From IMG/VR virus record IMGVR_UViG_3300012347_000364, positions 158,826-222,825 of that record: DNA of 64,000 nt; one strand, 5' to 3'. A model generated the notes under the pieces. It was not told where the DNA came from and searched no databases. It saw nothing but the letters and a program-made list of their open reading frames with translations. The stretch is from a virus (lineage: Duplodnaviria > Heunggongvirae > Uroviricota > Caudoviricetes). Shown in pieces: positions 57,999 to 63,095 of the stretch. Every line of letters starts with the position of its first letter. Positions within the stretch are counted from its first letter, which is position 1. The position numbers and the translations under genes are program-made.

Positions 57999-58076
57999 TC
58001 CCCCTTCGCCTAGTCTGGCCTAAGGCACTGGTCTTTGAAATCAGTATCGTTGGTTCGAATCCAACAGGGGGTGCCA
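57999..58076 (+). tRNA. tRNA-Gln(TTG)
   Basis: CTGGT-CTTTGAA-ATCAG, weak 1:72 pair, GCCA. Confidence 0.88.
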
Positions 58077-58085
58077 ATGTTTTAT

Positions 58086-58200
58086 GTCGCGGTGGTGTAA
58101 TGGTAGCACGCTATAAAGGTGATCCTGATTAGGATACGTGCAGCATACATTTTCCACTGTCAATGGAGATGACCAGGTTCGATTCCTGGCCGCGACGCCG
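58086..58200 (+). tRNA. tRNA-Asp(GTC)-like RNA with a ~41-nt clamp-motif insertion between D and anticodon arms
   Basis: Acceptor GTCGCGG/CCGCGAC, D arm, insert containing ATCCTG-ATT-AGGATAC-GTG-CAGCA, TTCCA-CTGTCAA-TGGAG, T arm; ends GCCG. Confidence 0.7.
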
Positions 58201-58466
58201 ATCATGTCATGGTGTAATGAGAATGCACGGGATCGCCACATAAGTCCGTCGAAGATAAGGCGGTGGAACAAGGTTCAGGTGTGGTAGGAACCCACAACGA
58301 CATACAATTTTTCGAGATAGACGTAGAGGTTGAGTCCCTTGTATTCTAGTGCCCTTAACTTGAGCATGACACGCCAGTAGAATTGTACAAGGTAGTCTTA
58401 AACTCCCTCATACGAGACAACCCAGCGAGTCCTTGAGAAAGATAGCTGGTCTCTCGAAACCCTTTT

Positions 58467-58570
58467 AGGATGACTGCTGCAACATAAAATTACTTCCACC
58501 ATAATCGGGAGGCCAGCCCGCAGGGGGCATTGTCGTAGGGTTCGAGTCCCGGTCTTGACAAATCATCCTG
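58467..58570 (+). ncRNA. AGGAU-clamp RNA 5
   Basis: AGGATGA..CTGCAA ... GGG-TTCGAGT-CCC T-loop hairpin ... TCATCCTG. Confidence 0.6.
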
Positions 58571-58579
58571 TTATACGAT

Positions 58580-58670
58580 GGAAGGTATAGTCGATGTGGT
58601 ATCGACGCCCGCCTGGAAAGCGGGAGACTGGTTAACGCCGGTCAGAGTTCGACTCTCTTACCTTCCTCCA
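58580..58670 (+). tRNA. tRNA-Ser(GGA), 8/4 fold with 6-bp D stem (allo-tRNA-like)
   Basis: GGAAGGTA/TACCTTCC, GTCGAT/ATCGAC, CCCGC-CTGGAAA-GCGGG, AGAG/CTCT. Confidence 0.78.
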
Positions 58671-58797
58671 TATTCAAACATACTCATCATTGGTAGCAGA
58701 CTTCGAGCAACTTGGTTAATAGTTGAGTCTCGCTATGAAGCAGCCTAACCAGCGCGGTGAAAATCCCCCTGACGGAGAGAGTGTGTTTGAATATGGA
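58667..58797 (+). ncRNA. Long-stem CCAUA element 5
   Basis: TCCATATTCAAACATACTC pairs with GAGTGTGTTTGAATATGGA. Confidence 0.6.
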
Positions 58798-58830
58798 TAG
58801 CGCGTTGCTAGATTGAAATAATTGAAGTAG

Positions 58831-58859
58831 TTGCCTTTTGAGGTGACTCGTTGTATAAT
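58831..58859 (+). promoter_or_regulatory. Sigma70-type promoter
   Basis: TTGCCT-17 nt-TATAAT, ending 8 nt before tRNA-Ser(CGA). Confidence 0.6.
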
Positions 58860-58867
58860 AATTAATT

Positions 58868-58955
58868 GGAAGATTAACTGAGTGGGACTCAGCGCTGTTT
58901 CGAAAGCAGTTGGACTCAGCAATGGGTTGGGGCTCGGGACCTCATTCTTCCGCCA
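58868..58955 (+). tRNA. tRNA-Ser(CGA), atypical D and T arms
   Basis: GCTGT-TTCGAAA-GCAGT, D stem CTGAGT/ACTCAG, T-loop CTCGGGA, GCCA. Confidence 0.7.
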
Positions 58956-58986
58956 CAATAACAATAACAATAACAAGGGAGCTACT

Positions 58987-59127
58987 ATGTCACGTAAAGA
59001 TACGCTAAACAAAGCATATGGTAGCATACCAAAAGAGGTGTACGCTGGTTTCAATACGGATTGGATACCAGAGTTTCGTGGAATAAAGTTTATATGGGTA
59101 AAGACTAAAAGGTTCTTTACTCGTTGA
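58987..59127 (+). CDS. Small hypothetical protein (46 aa)
   Basis: AAGGGAG RBS; MSRKDTLNKAYGSIPKEV... Confidence 0.55.
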   Translation: MSRKDTLNKAYGSIPKEVYAGFNTDWIPEFRGIKFIWVKTKRFFTR

Positions 59128-59134
59128 GATAGAT

Positions 59135-59224
59135 GGAGCGTGGGCCGGATGGTAAGGCAGCGGATTGCTAATCCGTACAATCACGAAAGTGGTTGATAGG
59201 GTTCGACTCCCTAACGCTCCGCCA
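59135..59224 (+). tRNA. tRNA-Ser(GCT)
   Basis: GCGGA-TTGCTAA-TCCGT, long V arm, GCCA. Confidence 0.9.
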
Positions 59225-59294
59225 AATTGTGTCGCGACTAATCAGGGGTGCTTGCGTTCTCGCCCTGTTAAAAATAAAAATATGACGCAGCCAC

Positions 59295-59386
59295 ACCTCG
59301 ATAGTTTAATGGTAAAACGGCGGATTTATATCCCGTAAGCAACAGATAATTGGTTCATCCGAGTTCGAATCTCGGTCGAGGTACCA
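59295..59386 (+). tRNA. tRNA-Ile(TAT)-like with long variable region
   Basis: ACCTCGA/TCGAGGT acceptor, loop TTTATAT, 22-nt variable region, ACCA. Confidence 0.7.
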
Positions 59387-59387
59387 A

Positions 59388-59570
59388 TCACTTTTTAATC
59401 TTCGCCATTAGTTTGTGGCGGATGTTAGAATCATTATATGAAAGAGATGCCAGCAGTCCAATCAGGTATCCTTTTTCATATAATGATTTAGCACGTTCAT
59501 TATTGAATGTACGCTTACTGCATGCTTTGTCGAGCAGTTTGTGGATTAGTTGTACGTGCATGTCAAACAT
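59388..59570 (-). CDS. Small antisense-orientation hypothetical protein (60 aa)
   Basis: MFDMHVQLIHKLL...LYEKGYLIGLLASL...; fills the gap between two tRNAs; CATAAATA late-promoter-like motif 5 nt upstream on the - strand. Confidence 0.5.
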   Translation of the reverse strand: MFDMHVQLIHKLLDKACSKRTFNNERAKSLYEKGYLIGLLASLSYNDSNIRHKLMAKIKK

Positions 59571-59582
59571 AGAAATATTTAT

Positions 59583-59669
59583 GTCTGGGTGGCAGAGCGA
59601 TCGAATGCGACGGATTGCAAATCCGTATCCGAAAGGGCACCGTCGGTTTAAATCCGACCCCAGATTCCA
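59583..59669 (+). tRNA. tRNA-Cys(GCA) with long variable arm
   Basis: ACGGA-TTGCAAA-TCCGT, U73 discriminator, V arm TCC-GAAA-GGG. Confidence 0.78.
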
Positions 59670-59674
59670 AACAT

Positions 59675-59758
59675 GCGAGAGTGGTGGAATGGCATACACA
59701 GCAGACTTAAAATCTGCCGCCGAAAGGCTTGCGGGTTCGAGTCCCGCCTCTCGCACCA
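59675..59758 (+). tRNA. tRNA-Leu(TAA)
   Basis: GCAGA-CTTAAAA-TCTGC, long V arm, ACCA. Confidence 0.92.
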
Positions 59759-59764
59759 AGTTTT

Positions 59765-59962
59765 AGGATCCTTTCAGCAACACAAATGCATTGAAAGCCT
59801 CGTGTCGGTGGTGCGAATCCACCCTCCTCCACTAAGAGTACATTATGGAGTTTACCCGCTACACTACTAAAGGATCGCAACCTGTAGTAATAAAAAACGT
59901 GTGGTATTGTACTCTTAGTGGAGGAGTAGCTCAGTTAGTAGAGCAGAGTAAAGTGGATCCTG
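59765..59962 (+). ncRNA. AGGAU-clamp RNA 6: permuted tRNA with acceptor extended by a long stem
   Basis: AGGATCC..CAGCAA, 3' tRNA half (..GCCTC GTGTC GGTGG TGCGAAT CCACC CTCCTCCA), long hairpin, 5' half (GGAGGAG TA GCTC AGTTAGTA GAGC A GAG), GGATCCTG. Confidence 0.75.
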
Positions 59963-59971
59963 TTGTTTAAT

Positions 59972-60048
59972 GCGTCTTTAGCTTAACTGGAGAAAGCACT
60001 GGCCTACGAAGCCGGGGGATGGGGATTCGAATTCCTCAGGACGCACCA
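59972..60048 (+). tRNA. tRNA-Arg(ACG)
   Basis: CTGGC-CTACGAA-GCCGG, ACCA. Confidence 0.88.
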
Positions 60049-60052
60049 ATTT

Positions 60053-60129
60053 GCCTCTTTAGCTCAACTGGATAGAGTCCTGTCCTTCGAAGTCAGTTGT
60101 TGGGGGTTCGAATCCCTCAGGGGGCACCA
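60053..60129 (+). tRNA. tRNA-Arg(TCG)
   Basis: CTGTC-CTTCGAA-GTCAG, ACCA. Confidence 0.85.
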
Positions 60130-60130
60130 T

Positions 60131-60205
60131 GGTGGTATGGCGTAGATGGATGCGCACCGGCTTCATAAGCCGAGGAGGTTGGATCGATACCAACTACCAC
60201 CACCA
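60131..60205 (+). tRNA. tRNA-Met/Ile2(CAT)
   Basis: CGGC-TTCATAA-GCCG, ACCA; elongator Met vs lysidine-Ile not resolvable by eye. Confidence 0.8.
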
Positions 60206-60225
60206 ATTAGCGAATAAGTGTCATG

Positions 60226-60253
60226 TTGACATTTGTTCAAATCAATGTATAAT
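60226..60253 (+). promoter_or_regulatory. Sigma70-type promoter
   Basis: TTGACA-16 nt-TATAAT. Confidence 0.7.
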
Positions 60254-60274
60254 TAATGTTTTAGAGGAACGAAA

Positions 60275-60406
60275 ATGAAGACGAAACCGATCGTCAAGGA
60301 ACGTAACTGCTTCGTTCGCTTGGCACTATTCCGAAAAGCAGGGTCGCACCGCAAGTCCAATAAGGCTTTGCGTAAAGCGGCAAACCAAATGCCTTTGGGT
60401 CTATAG
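60275..60406 (+). CDS. Small basic protein (43 aa) whose stop codon lies inside tRNA-Lys
   Basis: GAGGA RBS; MKTKPIVKERNCFVRLALFRKAGSHRKSNKALRKAANQMPLGL*; TAG equals tRNA positions 8-10. Confidence 0.6.
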   Translation: MKTKPIVKERNCFVRLALFRKAGSHRKSNKALRKAANQMPLGL

Positions 60407-60474
60407 TTTAACGGCATAAAACATCCGGCTTTTAACCGGTAAGACTCTCGGTTCGAATCCGAGTAGACCCACCA
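60397..60474 (+). tRNA. tRNA-Lys(TTT)
   Basis: GGGTCTA/TAGACCC, CCGG-CTTTTAA-CCGG, ACCA. Confidence 0.88.
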
Positions 60475-60556
60475 TATAAAAACATACTCGCTGAAGTTGG
60501 TTCAGTTAGACAGGGAGATCCAATTGCCTATGTTGTTGAGTGTGTTTTTATATGGT
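60471..60556 (+). ncRNA. Long-stem CCAUA element 6
   Basis: ACCATATAAAAACATACTC pairs with GAGTGTGTTTTTATATGGT. Confidence 0.6.
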
Positions 60557-60605
60557 TAATGTTATCGGCCGGTAACAACCATATTCGGAAGTCATGACTC
60601 CGAAG

Positions 60606-60681
60606 AACTCGCGGTCTTCTAATGGTAGGAAATCCTCGCTAAAGAGGCTAATGCAGGTTCGATTCCTGTCCGCAATGAGTT
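60606..60681 (+). ncRNA. Degenerate tRNA-like RNA
   Basis: D loop TAATGGTA, CCTC-GCTAAA-GAGG arm, GCAGG-TTCGATT-CCTGT T arm, bulged acceptor, no CCA. Confidence 0.45.
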
Positions 60682-60683
60682 TG

Positions 60684-60786
60684 CATATAAAAGTGCATCG
60701 AGCCAAGACGTCGTACTCTTGGTCTTCGAGATAATGTTCGGTGAGCGTTAGCACAATAACTGATCTAATCGGTGTACTTTTATATG
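60684..60786 (+). ncRNA. Long-stem element 7
   Basis: CATATAAAAGTGCATCGA pairs with TCGGTGTACTTTTATATG. Confidence 0.55.
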
Positions 60787-60832
60787 GTAGTCTCTTAGTA
60801 CAATGGTCACACGCCCTTGCTAAGATGTTATT

Positions 60833-60927
60833 GCCATAGTTGAATACATTCCCGTACTGATGAGGGTGGTAGCCTCATATCGTGCAGGACTAAAGAACTA
60901 CTACGTCTGAATGTATTCACCTATGGT
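60833..60927 (+). ncRNA. Long-stem element 8
   Basis: GCCATAGTTGAATACATTC pairs with GAATGTATTCACCTATGGT. Confidence 0.55.
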
Positions 60928-60930
60928 TAT

Positions 60931-61008
60931 GCCCACATGGACAAATTGGCAAAGTCGCTTCTCTCAAAAGGAAGAGCTCTCTCGGTTCGACTCCGAGTGT
61001 GGGTACCA
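60931..61008 (+). tRNA. tRNA-Leu(CAA) lacking the long variable arm
   Basis: CTTCT-CTCAAAA-GGAAG, 6-nt V region, ACCA. Confidence 0.8.
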
Positions 61009-61011
61009 ACT

Positions 61012-61080
61012 TTATACACAGATGTTAGTTCGATTCTAACCCTGATGAAGAGTAGCATAATATGGTAATGCAGTGTATAA
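61012..61080 (+). ncRNA. Permuted tRNA-elbow mimic (YrlA-like topology)
   Basis: Closing stem TTATACAC/GTGTATAA encloses T arm, short loop-closed acceptor and D arm; no anticodon loop. Confidence 0.65.
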
Positions 61081-61130
61081 TTCGAGGCCTCGCGCTGACT
61101 TGTCGCGTATAATGAGATAAATTACAAGTC

Positions 61131-61236
61131 ACTTTTCTAGAACACAATGAGGCGAACGCGACGCCTTTATGTGGAGCATAGCTGGGCCCTTGGCCTGGTC
61201 ACCAGTTCAATTCTGGTAATTGTGTTCTAGAAAAGT
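61131..61236 (+). ncRNA. tRNA-like module within an 18-bp stem
   Basis: ACTTTTCTAGAACACAAT/ATTGTGTTCTAGAAAAGT perfect inverted repeat enclosing an ACCAG-TTCAATT-CTGGT T arm. Confidence 0.5.
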
Positions 61237-61237
61237 C

Positions 61238-61311
61238 GCTTCCGTAGTTCAATGGTAGAACGATGCTTTGACATGGCATAGACAGAAGTTCAATTCTTCT
61301 CGGAAGCACCA
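61238..61311 (+). tRNA. tRNA-Val(GAC)
   Basis: ATGCT-TTGACAT-GGCAT, ACCA. Confidence 0.85.
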
Positions 61312-61318
61312 AACAGGT

Positions 61319-61431
61319 TTTGCGCATTAGTGTAACGGTAGCATTGCCCCGAGAGGGTTGCTTTTACGGTTCAATTCCGTTTGATGGTGGTCCAAGCAAA
61401 TTGAGGATAGGGTTCAATTCCCTAGCGCAAA
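61319..61431 (+). ncRNA. tRNA-like RNA with two T-loop hairpins
   Basis: TTTGCGC/GCGCAAA closing stem, D arm GTGT-AACGGTA-GCAT, ACGG-TTCAATT-CCGT and TAGGG-TTCAATT-CCCTA. Confidence 0.5.
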
Positions 61432-61439
61432 TTAATTAT

Positions 61440-61514
61440 GGTGGCTATAGTGTAGTGGAAGCACCCGAGTCTGTGAAACTCGTAGTACGGGATCGTTACC
61501 CGTTAGTCACCCCA
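61440..61514 (+). tRNA. tRNA-His(GTG)
   Basis: G-1/C73, CGAGT-CTGTGAA-ACTCG, CCA. Confidence 0.88.
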
Positions 61515-61525
61515 AGTATAAGTAT

Positions 61526-61756
61526 ATGATGTATAAAGTAAAAGGTTCAGTAGTAACATTCGATGTAATGACATTGGATGAAGCGATGCATACTGCTAAG
61601 ATAATGAACGAGTTTGTGACTATCACAGGTCCGGAGTTTGAAGTCGTAGGCATGTTCGGTGTAGATACTGTTAAGGACGGTAAGTGTCCGGACGGTGTTG
61701 CATACGACTGGAATAAAGCATCTAGAATAGGTGCTCCAAAAAGAGTAAGAGCATGA
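61526..61756 (+). CDS. Hypothetical protein
   Basis: 76-aa ORF, ATGA-coupled to the next gene. Confidence 0.6.
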   Translation: MMYKVKGSVVTFDVMTLDEAMHTAKIMNEFVTITGPEFEVVGMFGVDTVKDGKCPDGVAYDWNKASRIGAPKRVRA

Positions 61757-61920
61757 AATCCCCAGTCTTCGGTGCGCGTGCCGGTAACGTCAAGCTCAGA
61801 GGTAAGAAGACAAAGTTGATGTCGTGCAAGTGTTGCCACATGATCAACTGTAAATGGGAACATCGCTTTAAACAAGCAGAAAAAGAAATCAAGGAGAGCT
61901 CTAATGAAACGAGTAATTGA
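61753..61920 (+). CDS. Small basic Cys-containing protein (55 aa)
   Basis: MKSPVFGARAGNVKLRGKKTKLMSCKCC...; overlaps both neighbours. Confidence 0.5.
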   Translation: MKSPVFGARAGNVKLRGKKTKLMSCKCCHMINCKWEHRFKQAEKEIKESSNETSN

Positions 61921-62581
61921 GATTCGAGCCGCTGAAGGCGGAGAAGACAGTAAGTTGTTTGTGACCGATTTAGCACAAGCATACCAACGTTTAGGAACGA
62001 AGTTCGGCTGAACTACCCGCCTGATAGATGTACGTCTTGGCGAGTGTAGTTTAGAAGTTCAAGGCGCAGATCTATCCGGCTTAGATAACGAGCCAGGAGG
62101 ACACCGTATTCAGCGTGTACCTCCAACAGAACGTAAAGGTCGCGTTCATACAAGTACAGTCACTGTTGCCGTAATCGATGGTGAAAATAAGTACCAAACA
62201 TCCAACATCAAAGACTCTGACCTACGAGTCGAATGGTACTCTGGTACTGGCGCTGGTGGTCAACACCGTAATAAGCATCAGAACAGCTGTAGAATCACCC
62301 ATATACCATCGAACACTGTCGCGACGGCACAATGCCGCAGTAGACAGAATAGTTACAATGAAGCGATGGCTTCTATCCGCAGCCGTGTTGACTTTTCCAA
62401 CGAGATGCGTTATAATCAGAGTGTAGCGATCGATAGAAAGCTTCAAGTTGGTTCTGGTATGCGTGGCGACAAAATGCGCACTTATCGATTCCAGGATGAT
62501 GTTGTTAAAGATCACCAAACCAATCGATCTGCTAGTGTCAAGAAAGTGCTAGCGGGTAATTTTAATTTATTGTGGAGCTAA
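61904..62581 (+). CDS. Class I peptide chain release factor (RF1-like, no domain 1) with in-frame UGA at codon 36
   Basis: AGGAG RBS; IEIRAAEGGEDS.LF...L...Y, TGA 62009-62011, then E.GGHRIQRVPPTERKGRVHTSTVTVAV, GTGAGGQH.NK..NS.RITHIPS, RSR.NS, GSG.RGDK.RTY.F..D.V.DH. Confidence 0.85.
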
Positions 62582-62582
62582 T

Positions 62583-63092
62583 ATGGAAACGATTCGTTGG
62601 ATCGAAAACATTGCTTGGGACGACTGTAAGAACGGCTGGCATATGGATGCTGGTCCCAATGCTATGTTGATTCAGATTATGGATCCATGTAGCACATTCC
62701 CTACTCCTAAGCGTGAGTTTAAGGAGGTCCATCAGTTTGAATTTCTAGACATTGAGGATTCGGACGTTAAGATGGATCCTAATATGGGAGAATTTGCAAT
62801 TACAGACGAACAAGCACAAAAACTTGTTGACTTATTGCAAAAAGCAAAAGACAATAGCATGAATGTGATCGTTCATTGCTTTGCAGGTATCTGCCGAAGT
62901 GGTGCTGTATGTGAGTTGGGTGTAATGCTTGGCTTCACGGCTACAGATCGTTACAGACAACCTAACCTCCGAGTCAAACACAAAATGATGAAGTGCTTGG
63001 GTTGGACTTATGACGAAGATGAAAAATCAGTCGGCACCGGTGGAAGCATCAGTGCCGGTGGGATTCTTATCCCTTATAAAGATATGGAGTAA
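62583..63092 (+). CDS. Cys-based (PTP/DSP-fold) phosphatase
   Basis: VHCFAGICRSGAV (CX5R) loop; F.D acid loop. Confidence 0.85.
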   Translation: METIRWIENIAWDDCKNGWHMDAGPNAMLIQIMDPCSTFPTPKREFKEVHQFEFLDIEDSDVKMDPNMGEFAITDEQAQKLVDLLQKAKDNSMNVIVHCFAGICRSGAVCELGVMLGFTATDRYRQPNLRVKHKMMKCLGWTYDEDEKSVGTGGSISAGGILIPYKDME

Positions 63093-63095
63093 TAT

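Noticed and set aside
60855-60900. CTGATGAG as a hammerhead ribozyme core
   Set aside because: No GAAA after the putative stem II; ATGAGG pairs with CCTCAT in a simple hairpin
53659-60927. CRISPR array formed by the recurring motifs
   Set aside because: The repeats are inverted, degenerate and irregularly spaced, not identical direct repeats with uniform spacers; no cas genes
53800-61529. ORF-track ORFs overlapping tRNAs on either strand
   Set aside because: They translate tRNA sequence (e.g. GFEP, RFES patterns); the RNA structures explain the region better
62009-62054. Selenocysteine insertion or prfB-type +1 frameshift at the RF UGA
   Set aside because: Homology continues in the same frame and there is no CTT-TGA slippery site. 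The aligned residue is aromatic, not Cys, and no tRNA-Sec is in the window. The adjacent hairpin means Sec is disfavoured rather than strictly excluded
62178-62581. ORFs 62178..62426 and 62366..62581 as separate genes
   Set aside because: 62366..62581 is the in-frame tail of the UGA-interrupted release factor; 62178..62426 is an off-frame overlap
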